Part shown: in pieces, positions 1 through 7,271 of the stretch
Numbering within the stretch: the first letter of the stretch is position 1
Layout of the letters: every line of letters starts with the position of its first letter
Assembly: GCF_019464535.1 (NCBI RefSeq)
Contig: NZ_CP080507.1
Location: 3,540,001 to 3,572,000, forward strand
Length of the DNA stretch: 32,000 nucleotides
Direction of reading: 5' to 3'
Source of the DNA: Horticoccus luteus
Lineage (GTDB): Bacteria; Verrucomicrobiota; Verrucomicrobiia; Opitutales; Opitutaceae
Notes under the pieces: generated by a model
What the model saw: only the letters and a program-made list of their open reading frames with translations
Database searches by the model: none
What the model was told of the DNA's origin: nothing
Position numbers and translations under genes: made by a program

Positions 1-72
1 GTGATAAGGCGCTCCGCTCGGTCGCTCGGTCCGCGCCGGACCTTCGCTTGCTGCTGCCTGTAAAAAATTAAA

Positions 73-102
73 CCGGGGCGAAGGATTTCTCCTCCGCCCC
101 GG
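73..102. terminator. Bidirectional intrinsic-terminator-like hairpin
   Basis: Stem ccggggcg(a)agga, loop tttc, stem tcct(c)cgccccgg (8+4 bp, one mismatch). T-runs flank it on both strands: tattgttttct on + and tttaatttttt on -. It lies 14 nt past the stop of ORF 117..374(-) and just after + strand stops at 61-63/69-71. Confidence 0.6.
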
Positions 103-116
103 TATTGTTTTCTCTG

Positions 117-374
117 TTATGCTGCGAACCGCAGGGTTTTACGCAGCGGGGACCAGATCAAGCGACGGAACGCCTCTGGGAAGCGAACCACCGTCTGGGA
201 CCAGTCACGGTTCTCCTGATTTTGCAGCCGTGTCTCGGCGGGCAACTCTGCAGCCGGGGGCAAATCTGCCTCTTCACGCGAGTTTTCAGGAAACTCATAC
301 GTGGCGAGCATCATCGCTCCCGAGCCGTAGCAGCCCGGATGCACGACATACATGGTCTTGGACTTTTTGTTCAT
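117..374 (-). CDS. Hypothetical small protein (85 aa), no family recognised
   Basis: ATG-initiated ORF with mostly G/C third positions, ending 14 nt before hairpin 73..102, which has a T-run in this orientation. The overlapping + ORF 105..536 translates to Cys/Arg/Pro-rich sequence that does not look like protein. Confidence 0.4.
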   Translation of the reverse strand: MNKKSKTMYVVHPGCYGSGAMMLATYEFPENSREEADLPPAAELPAETRLQNQENRDWSQTVVRFPEAFRRLIWSPLRKTLRFAA

Positions 375-599
375 GATCGGACGGAGGACTCAAGTGCATG
401 GCACCAAGGCCTCCTGGCCGACCACCAACAGGCAAAGAACAAACGCACCATTAACGGTCCTCCCCTGCTCGTCAATGGCCCGTGTGCTTCTTGGCCCGAC
501 AGCAGTCCGGCTCTCACCCGCAACAGCGCGTCTTAACTCCGTCCGCGTCCCCGCTCTCGGGCTGCCGCCTCGCTGCGCCGATCCTAGCGTGTCCTAAGC

Positions 600-1196
600 T
601 CAGGTCTGCCGCAACTTGCGCAACCCTTGGTTGATCCGATCGAGGTTGCAAACGCTCGGGTCGTAATCAGGCCCCACCCACTCCCGCCACTCGCGTCCCA
701 GCTCCGTGTCCGGCTCCGCGAGGCTCTTCAAAAGATCGTGAAACGCTTCGAGTCCGCCGCAATCCTCCGGCGGCCCAGCCCGCTCTCCCGCCGTGCACAA
801 CGGGTAACGCACGCCCTTTTCCATTTCGCCGATCTTCTCCACGACGAGATCGACCGACCAGCCTTCGCCGAAGTGATAGCAATACCGAAACCGCTCGCGC
901 TGATCCAACCCCGCCTCGCCGAGCGTGACGTCGCGGTCGTCCTCCACGAGCAAGTCGTCGCGCTTCACCGGATTGCCGAAGCGCAAGTCGTCGAATTGAA
1001 AAACGTGCGTCTGGTAGTCGAACCACTCCAGCGCGACCTGGATCGCGTCGTGCAAGCCGGAGAGCCACATGGATTCGCGCACGACGAGACGCCGCCAGAT
1101 CGATGGCTCAGTGCCGGCCACCGACAACCGCAACGTAAAGGTGCGCTCGCGCACCTTCTTCGCTTTGGCCCCGCGTCCTTCGTGAAGTCCGATCAT
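600..1196 (-). CDS. PRiA4b ORF-3-like (PF07929 / MM3350-like) domain protein
   Basis: 198 aa with ATG at 1196. The N-terminal block TFTLRLSVAGTEPSIWRRLVVRESMWLSGLHDAIQVALEWFDYQTHVFQF fits the family hallmark (P-x-IWRR ... L-x-x-LH-x-x-IQ ... W ... H-x-x-F). Confidence 0.8.
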   Translation of the reverse strand: MIGLHEGRGAKAKKVRERTFTLRLSVAGTEPSIWRRLVVRESMWLSGLHDAIQVALEWFDYQTHVFQFDDLRFGNPVKRDDLLVEDDRDVTLGEAGLDQRERFRYCYHFGEGWSVDLVVEKIGEMEKGVRYPLCTAGERAGPPEDCGGLEAFHDLLKSLAEPDTELGREWREWVGPDYDPSVCNLDRINQGLRKLRQT

Positions 1197-1221
1197 ACCG
1201 CCGGTAGCTCAACCTCCCCGC

Positions 1222-1283
1222 CTTGCGCGCGCAAGAACGGTCGCGGTCGACCTCGCTTCACCCGAGCAGACGCACCGCGACCG
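1222..1283. promoter_or_regulatory. Palindrome and inverted repeat in a divergent intergenic region (possible operator)
   Basis: Perfect 14-bp palindrome cttgcgcgcgcaag (1222..1235), 26 nt from the ATG of the 600..1196 gene. A 10-bp inverted repeat follows: cggtcgcggt (1238..1247) and accgcgaccg (1274..1283). Function is not demonstrated. Confidence 0.3.
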
Positions 1284-1393
1284 ATTGCTTACCGGCACCG
1301 CCAACCGCGGCACACATAGTCACCACCGCACGCACGCCAAACGGGGTTAGGCCTTGCCACACCTTTTTCGGCCTGCCACGTCGATTTCACGTG

Positions 1394-2869
1394 ATGTCCG
1401 CCGCGCCTGCCCAGTTGCCGTTCTTTCACCTCGTGAGCTTTACGGGGCATCGACAGCTTGCCGACCCGGCAGCCGTGGGCGCATTGCTCCGCCAGGAGCT
1501 GGCCGCCCTGCGTCGCGAATCGCCGGGCGAATGGATCGCCCGCTCCTCCGCCGCGGCTGGCGCCGACCTCCTGTTCGCTCGCACCGCTTTGGACCTTGGA
1601 CTCGGCTGGGAAGTCACGCTGCCGCTCCCTATCGGGGATTTTCAGCAGGATTTCGCGCCCGAGGACTGGCGCGAAGTGCGCGCCACCCTTGACCGCGCCG
1701 AACTGATCGAAGTCGTCGCCGAGCCAGGCTCGCGTGAGGAAGCGTATCTTACCGCTGGCTACGAACTCGTGCACCGCTGCGATGTGCTCCTCGCCGTGTG
1801 GGACGGCCTGCCCGCGCGCGGCAAAGGCGGCACGGGCGACATCATCGCTTATGCGCGGGCGATGGACGTGCCGCTCGTCATCATCAACCCGCTCGATCTT
1901 TCCGTCCGCCGGGAGAATTTCGCCGCGCTCCGCCTCCACGATGCGCACCTGCGTTTCCTTAACGCCGTGCCCGGTCCGGCCACGGCAGACAACGCCGATG
2001 CCCGCGAACAAATTGCCGCCTTTCAACGCAAACTCGACGACACCGCGACCCACAGCTCCCCGCATTTCCGCCGCCTGACGGCGCTCACGGTCTGGCTGCA
2101 CGTGGGCGCGACCACTCTCGCGACGGCGGCGCTCGCATTCGGCTGGCACTGGGGCGGCTTGCCCGTCGGCAAACTCCTGCTGCTCCTCGGCGCCCTCGGC
2201 GTGGCCTACTACATGCGCCGGCAAAGCACGCAAAGCCGCTGGACGCGCTGCCGCCTCGCCGCCGAAATCACCCGCTCGGCGCTCGCGATCTGGGGCCTGC
2301 CGCGCGCCACCCGGCTGTTTGCCGATTTTGACTGGGTGGGCCTCGAACCGCTGCGCCGCTCACTCGATGTGCTCCACCGCCGGGGCGCCCGCGGGCAGCC
2401 GCGCGACTTCGAGCGGTTCAAACAAGAATACCTCAGCACGCGCATCGACGACCAGCTCGCCTACTTCGCGCGGCAGAAAGCCAAGGCCGAGCCGCTGCTC
2501 GCGCGCCTGCGCTTCGGCTTCGGCGCGAGCACGATCGCGGCCATCGCGCTCACCGCACTCTACGCGCTGGATGAAGTCTTCGGCCTGGAGCTGCTCCCGC
2601 GCCCCGCCGCCGAGCTCCTTTATTATTTTGGCCCGATCGTGCTGCCCGTCGTGGCGGCCGCCTTCATTTCGCTGATTTCCATCAACGACCTGCATCGCCG
2701 CGTCGCCCGTTATCATGAGATCGGCGCGCGGCTCGTGACGGCGCGCCGCGAAATTGCTTTCAGCCAGACGTGGGCCGGCCTTGAGCGCGCGATCGCCAAG
2801 GCCGAACGCGTGCTCGTGCAAGAAGTGTTCGAGTGGCACTCGATCACCAGTTTCACCGAATCGCACTGA
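1394..2869 (+). CDS. YpsA/SLOG-like Rossmannoid domain fused to a 4-TM tandem SLATT/DUF4231-like membrane domain (491 aa)
   Basis: Start trimmed to ATG 1394; the ORF-track start at 1223 is a TTG with an Arg/Pro-rich leader. N-terminal motifs: VSFTGHR, SSAAAGADLLFA, LPLP, CDVLLAVWDG, GKGGTGD, PLVIINP. C-terminal half has two TM pairs (about aa 227-250/257-273 and 372-392/405-429), each followed by an Arg-rich helix. DDQLAYFARQKAKA precedes the second pair. Confidence 0.75.
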   Translation: MSAAPAQLPFFHLVSFTGHRQLADPAAVGALLRQELAALRRESPGEWIARSSAAAGADLLFARTALDLGLGWEVTLPLPIGDFQQDFAPEDWREVRATLDRAELIEVVAEPGSREEAYLTAGYELVHRCDVLLAVWDGLPARGKGGTGDIIAYARAMDVPLVIINPLDLSVRRENFAALRLHDAHLRFLNAVPGPATADNADAREQIAAFQRKLDDTATHSSPHFRRLTALTVWLHVGATTLATAALAFGWHWGGLPVGKLLLLLGALGVAYYMRRQSTQSRWTRCRLAAEITRSALAIWGLPRATRLFADFDWVGLEPLRRSLDVLHRRGARGQPRDFERFKQEYLSTRIDDQLAYFARQKAKAEPLLARLRFGFGASTIAAIALTALYALDEVFGLELLPRPAAELLYYFGPIVLPVVAAAFISLISINDLHRRVARYHEIGARLVTARREIAFSQTWAGLERAIAKAERVLVQEVFEWHSITSFTESH

Positions 2870-2943
2870 CGGCGCGCGGAACCCGCGGGTGCGTGCCTAC
2901 CCGTCACGTCGGCCGCCGGCCCCTTCGAGCGCGCTGGCCGCCA

Positions 2944-5061
2944 TTAAAATCGATACGTCGCCGTCGCTCCCACCTGGCGAGGATCAGCGCGATCTTCGTA
3001 ACGCGTCTCGATATAGTCCGGATCCTCGTTGCCGAAGAAAAACACGCGCTTCTCGTAACGTTCATCGAACAGATTCTTCGCCCACACCGTGAACGTCCAG
3101 TCGCGCCACACGTAACCGACACTCGCATTGACGAGATGGTAGGCGCGACGCTGCTGATCCTGGTCGTTCGAATCATACTGGCTCGCCCGTCCGAGCAGGT
3201 CGACGTCGCCAAACACCCCCCGGCTCGCGCCGTAGTGCGCGCCCACCGTGAAGCCGTAGGCCGGCGTATTCGCCAACCGCCGACCGCCGCCCGCGTTGCC
3301 GTTGCTCAACACAAACGGCTCCAGTTCCGAATCCATGAGCGCCAAGGTGCCCCGCACTGACCACATCGCCGTCATTCGATACGTCGCCGTCGCCTCCGCT
3401 CCCGTCACGTGCGCGCGTTGACCGTTGTCGGTGAAGAATCGGTAGCTGCCGCCAAACCCCGCCGAGTCCCGCACCTGCGTGGCGTGGCGGTCCAGGTAGA
3501 AGACCGTGAGTTCGCCGCGCAGGCGTTGATCAACCGAGTGCCCGCGCCAACCGGCTTCGTAATTCCACAACGTCTCCGTGCCGTAGGTCAGCGGATCCGC
3601 CGTTGGATCGATGCGCGCATCGACATTGATCCCGCCCGCCTTGTAACCGCGCGTCACCGAGGCAAACACCACCGCTCTCGGGCTCAGGTCGTGTTCGATT
3701 GTCAGTTTACCGCCGAACATGGTGACATCGAAGCGGGGGTTCAACGCGATGGGCGGTGCCGACGTGCCGGCGATTGGATCAAACTTCGTTTTTACGCCGC
3801 CGCCGCGAAGATCAATTCCTTCCACGCGCAAACCAACGATGACGCGTGTCTGCGAGGTGAAGTCGTGCGCGATCTGCCCAAAAAGCGCGGTGTTGTCCGC
3901 ACGGTAGCGGGTATCCAGGCCGCTGATCTCGTAAGCACTTGTGTCGGTGTAATGGCTCGTCTCGTCGAGCCGGGCAAAGAATGCGCCGAGCGTCCAACGG
4001 TCGATCCAGCCCAGCGCACCTTTCGCCACCGCTGAATCGAGGCGCAACTCCTGGTTGAACACGTTGCGCAGGCGGCGATCGTCACTGAAGCTTGCATACG
4101 AAGCCGAGGTCCAATCGTCGTCGTAACTGTAGATCGATCGCGTTCGCACTGCATTCGTGATCGTCGTCAACCGCACGTCCGGCCAACCCGAGAAGGTCCC
4201 GCGCACACTGCCGGCCAGCGAACGCTGCACGTCGCGGCCCGGCTGGTCGCTGTAGGTGAACCGGCCGTTGTTATCCAACGCGAACTCGTCGAAGCCATTG
4301 TTGAGATCGGCCCAGACCACCGCGGTATCCCAGCGCCAGAGAGGATTCGGATTATACGTCAGCCGCAGTCGCGCGGTGAATTCGTCCCGTGCATTGGTGT
4401 CGCGATTGAGAAACACATTATGGCGAAAGCCATCGCTCTTCGATTGCTCCACCGCCAGCCGCATCATCAACTGGTCCGGCCGGCCCGCATCCAAGGGCCC
4501 GCCGAGGGCGAAGCCGCCCGTGCGCAAATCGTCACTGCCCACACTGCCGTGCACGAAACCCGTCCAAAACGGCGTGGGCGCATGCGTGACGAGGCGGATC
4601 ACGCCGCCCGCCGCATTCGCGCCAAACGCCCCCGCCTGCGGTCCGCGCAACACTTCCACCTGCTGCACATCGAAGGTGCTCCCGATGCCGCCCAATCCGG
4701 TGAAATCGAGGTCATCGACGAGAAAACGCACGGCCGAGTCGGGCGTCTCTCCTTCGTATTGCGAATTTTCGCCGATGCCGCGGATTTGAAAATAACGCGG
4801 GCGAGACGTCCCGCCGGTCCACGTCAGATTCGGAATTTCGTTCGCCACATCGCCGAGGTGCTGCACCGCGCCGGCCCGCAAGGTCGCGTCATCGATCACC
4901 GTGACGCTCGCCGACATGCGGTCGAGCGGTGACGACCACAGATCCGCCGTTACGAGGACTGGATCCAGCATGACCGGCGGAGGCACCGTTTGCGCGCGGC
5001 CCAGCGCCGTTATCGCGGCGAGAGCGACTCCAGTGGTAAGAATTCGTATCGGGATTTGCAT
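2944..5061 (-). CDS. TonB-dependent outer-membrane receptor (riboswitch context suggests thiamine or thiamine-precursor uptake)
   Basis: 705 aa. Signal peptide MQIPIRILTTGVALAAITALGRAQT, TonB-box-like DPVLVTA, plug motifs (VEVLRGPQAGAFGANAAGGVI) and a beta-barrel ending in the typical aromatic terminus ...ATYRF. A TPP riboswitch lies in its 5' leader. Confidence 0.9.
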   Translation of the reverse strand: MQIPIRILTTGVALAAITALGRAQTVPPPVMLDPVLVTADLWSSPLDRMSASVTVIDDATLRAGAVQHLGDVANEIPNLTWTGGTSRPRYFQIRGIGENSQYEGETPDSAVRFLVDDLDFTGLGGIGSTFDVQQVEVLRGPQAGAFGANAAGGVIRLVTHAPTPFWTGFVHGSVGSDDLRTGGFALGGPLDAGRPDQLMMRLAVEQSKSDGFRHNVFLNRDTNARDEFTARLRLTYNPNPLWRWDTAVVWADLNNGFDEFALDNNGRFTYSDQPGRDVQRSLAGSVRGTFSGWPDVRLTTITNAVRTRSIYSYDDDWTSASYASFSDDRRLRNVFNQELRLDSAVAKGALGWIDRWTLGAFFARLDETSHYTDTSAYEISGLDTRYRADNTALFGQIAHDFTSQTRVIVGLRVEGIDLRGGGVKTKFDPIAGTSAPPIALNPRFDVTMFGGKLTIEHDLSPRAVVFASVTRGYKAGGINVDARIDPTADPLTYGTETLWNYEAGWRGHSVDQRLRGELTVFYLDRHATQVRDSAGFGGSYRFFTDNGQRAHVTGAEATATYRMTAMWSVRGTLALMDSELEPFVLSNGNAGGGRRLANTPAYGFTVGAHYGASRGVFGDVDLLGRASQYDSNDQDQQRRAYHLVNASVGYVWRDWTFTVWAKNLFDERYEKRVFFFGNEDPDYIETRYEDRADPRQVGATATYRF

Positions 5062-5091
5062 CGTTGGATGCCCGACCCAAAGCGGAATCCC

Positions 5092-5121
5092 GAGAAAAGG
5101 GGCGCCACGGGCGGCGCCTCC
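5092..5121 (-). terminator. Intrinsic terminator (expression platform of the TPP riboswitch)
   Basis: Minus strand reads ggaggcgcc-gcccgt-ggcgcccc followed by ttttctc. It sits between the aptamer (5138..5241) and the receptor ATG (5061). Confidence 0.55.
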
Positions 5122-5137
5122 GAGACGCCCACTCGCG

Positions 5138-5241
5138 CGCCTGCTGTTTCCTTCGTCGGCATGATCCGTTTCAGGTTCGAAGGGTCGAGCAGCCGATCGT
5201 GCCGCAATCTCAGCCCTCCGCGGAGGACACCCCTACAGGCG
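5138..5241 (-). promoter_or_regulatory. TPP (THI-box) riboswitch aptamer
   Basis: Minus strand: cgcctgtaGGGGTGtcctccgcggagggCTGAGAttgcggcacgatcggctgctcgACCCTTcgAACCTGAaacGGATcATGCCgaCGaAGGaAAcagcaggcg. All hallmark THI-box blocks are present, and a P1 helix (gcctg/caggc) closes the aptamer. Confidence 0.85.
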
Positions 5242-5324
5242 AGCCGAAACAAGCGCTCTCGTTGGATTGCGCGCAAGCCAAACCTGCGTCACCTCCCCGC
5301 CGCGCGTCCTCAGGAAACACAATA

Positions 5325-5462
5325 GCCGCTCCTTGCGAAGCGGCTATTGTGACCTAACACCAAGCAAACCGTAAAAACTACAAACATTCATCGTCCCCCA
5401 ACAAAAAAGAACGATGCTGACTACGGAAAGACAGACGCAGGCGGATTCGATTCGCTCAAAAA
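5325..5462 (-). ncRNA. Candidate sRNA, paralog 1 of a tandem ~140-nt repeat unit
   Basis: Shares a near-identical core with 5523..5664 (tgtgacctaacaccaagcaaaccgtaaRaactacaaacattcatcgt on +). On the minus strand there is a 5' hairpin (5389..5416), then a conserved unpaired stretch, then a terminator hairpin (5331..5358) followed by ttgtgttt. The true transcript ends are unknown. Confidence 0.4.
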
Positions 5463-5522
5463 TAATTCACTCTTTCTCCAACATTTTTTCGGGCGCCACG
5501 CGGGCCAAAGTTTGCCGCCTGC

Positions 5523-5664
5523 AAACACAAAAGCCGCTTCTTGCGAAGCGGCTCGTGTGACCTAACACCAAGCAAACCGTAAGAACTACAAACATTCATC
5601 GTTCCACCAAGAACGATGCTGACTACACCAAGCTAGACGCGGAATTTTGATTTCTGCTCAAAAA
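5523..5664 (-). ncRNA. Candidate sRNA, paralog 2 of a tandem ~140-nt repeat unit
   Basis: Same architecture as 5325..5462. Minus-strand 5' hairpin catcgttc/gaacgatg (5597..5618), conserved single-stranded core, then terminator hairpin agccgcttc-gcaa-gaagcggct (5532..5553) followed by tttgtgttt. Confidence 0.4.
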
Positions 5665-5697
5665 AACGCAGAAAAAAGTGCAGATCTTTTCATGCAC
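5660..5697 (-). terminator. Possible kamA terminator (weak stem, strong T-tract)
   Basis: Minus strand gtgca-tgaaaagatc-tgcac (5678..5697) followed by ttttttctgcgttttttt. It lies about 200 nt downstream of the kamA stop. The stem is only 5 bp. Confidence 0.35.
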
Positions 5698-5899
5698 AGT
5701 ATACCGTTGTTAATAAGCGATTTGCGAATATTCGTTTCTTCCTCTCGCAGCCGATTGTCTTTCTGAACGCTTTTTTTCGTGCCTTGGCCTGCGCCTGCAC
5801 TGCCGCGCTCACATTTTTCGCAGCGCCTTGACTAGACCGACCCATTCGCAGGCCGCCGTCCCCGGCGAACCACCCTGCGCCGCGTGAGGGCGTTTTCCG

Positions 5900-7105
5900 T
5901 CACCTCGCCGATGGCGCGGTCGTCGCTGGCGTTTGCTCAACCGGAGCCGTCTCGGGGGCGGCCGGCAACGGCGTGCTTTTCAACGGGTAAGTGAACCGTT
6001 TGCCCTCGTAGTTGCGGAAAACCACTTCGTCATCGGTGATTTTTTCCAGATACTCGGGGTTGATCGGCACTTTGCCTCCGCCGCCGGGTGCATCGATGAC
6101 GTATTGCGGCACGGCATAACCGGTGGTGTGACCGCGCAGCGCCGCGATGATTTCGATCCCTTTGCGGACGTCGGCCTTGAAGTGCGCGCCGCCCGTGATC
6201 AGGTCCATCTGATAGAGGTAGTAGGGCCGCACGCGCATCCGTAGCAGCCGGTGCACCAACGCCTTCATCACGTCGGCGTCGTCATTGATTCCTCGCAGCA
6301 ACACGCTCTGGTTGCCGAGCGGCACGCCGGCAAACGACAGCCGTTCGCACGCATCGCGCAACTCCGCCGTGCATTCCTTGGGATGATTGACGTGAATGCT
6401 CATCCAGATGGGGCCGTATTTCTTTAAAATCTCGCACAGCGCCGGCGTGATGCGTTGCGGCAGAAATACCGGGATGCGTGACCCGATGCGGATGAACTCC
6501 ACGTGCGGGATCGCTCGCAAACGGCTGATCAAGTGCTCCAGCTTCTTATCCGAAAGCAACAACGGATCGCCTCCCGACAGCAGCACATCGCGCACTTCCG
6601 GATGCGACTCGATATAACGCAGCCCCTGCTCGTATTCCGGATGAAAATTGTAGTCCTGCGCGTTGCTGACCAACCGGCTGCGCGTGCAATACCGGCAATA
6701 CGAAGCGCAACGGTCCGTCACCAAAAACAACACGCGGTCCGGATAACGGTGCACCAAGCCTGGCACGGGCGAATGCTCATCCTCGCCGAGCGAATCGAGC
6801 ATCTCCTCCGCCGCAATCTGCTGCTCCCCCGCGCGCGGAATCACCTGCTTGCGAATCGGACAATCCGGATCCTGACGGTCGATCAGATTGAAAAAATACG
6901 GCGTGATCGCCAACGAAAGCTTGTGGCTGGCAAACAGGCACCCGGCCTTCTCGTCCGGCGTCAACGTCATCAACTGCTCGAGCTGCTCGAGCGTGGTGAT
7001 GCGGTTTTTGAGCTGCCACGTCCAGTCGCGCCAATCCGATTCCGGAACGTGCTGCCAGAGTCCCTGGCCCTCGAACCAAGTGGAGCGGTCTTCGGTGTAA
7101 GGCAT
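5900..7105 (-). CDS. kamA: KamA-family radical SAM enzyme (lysine 2,3-aminomutase-like)
   Basis: 401 aa with the radical SAM cluster motif CASYCRYCTRSR. KamA-type blocks are present: LLSGGDPL, IRIGSR, HVNHPKE, PLGNQSVLLRGIND and YYLYQMDL. Confidence 0.8.
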   Translation of the reverse strand: MPYTEDRSTWFEGQGLWQHVPESDWRDWTWQLKNRITTLEQLEQLMTLTPDEKAGCLFASHKLSLAITPYFFNLIDRQDPDCPIRKQVIPRAGEQQIAAEEMLDSLGEDEHSPVPGLVHRYPDRVLFLVTDRCASYCRYCTRSRLVSNAQDYNFHPEYEQGLRYIESHPEVRDVLLSGGDPLLLSDKKLEHLISRLRAIPHVEFIRIGSRIPVFLPQRITPALCEILKKYGPIWMSIHVNHPKECTAELRDACERLSFAGVPLGNQSVLLRGINDDADVMKALVHRLLRMRVRPYYLYQMDLITGGAHFKADVRKGIEIIAALRGHTTGYAVPQYVIDAPGGGGKVPINPEYLEKITDDEVVFRNYEGKRFTYPLKSTPLPAAPETAPVEQTPATTAPSAR

Positions 7106-7271
7106 GGTGTGTGACGCGAACGATTAGGGTCCTAACCACTCCTGTCAAACGGTGCGCAGCGAATATCCGTCGAGCGGTGGCACCGCGAAACCGGTCTCGC
7201 GACCTTCTGCCCTGCCGCAATCCTCGCTTTCCCCTTGCGCGCGGGGCCCCGCGCCATTTCGTCAACCTGCA

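Noticed and set aside
105-536. 143-aa + strand ORF overlapping the 117..374(-) ORF
   Set aside because: The translation is Cys/Arg/Pro-rich and unstructured. It would start inside the T-run of the terminator hairpin. The minus-strand ORF is favoured instead, with only modest confidence.
1223-1393. N-terminal extensions offered by the ORF track here and at 7152, 11984, 12375, 13715, 16184, 17109, 18988, 21049, 20915, 22634, 23312, 23194, 24673, 25684, 26559 and 27395
   Set aside because: The extensions are Arg/Pro-rich, often begin at non-ATG codons, and overlap neighbouring genes or promoters. Internal ATGs give canonical family N-termini, signal peptides or ATGA-coupled junctions.
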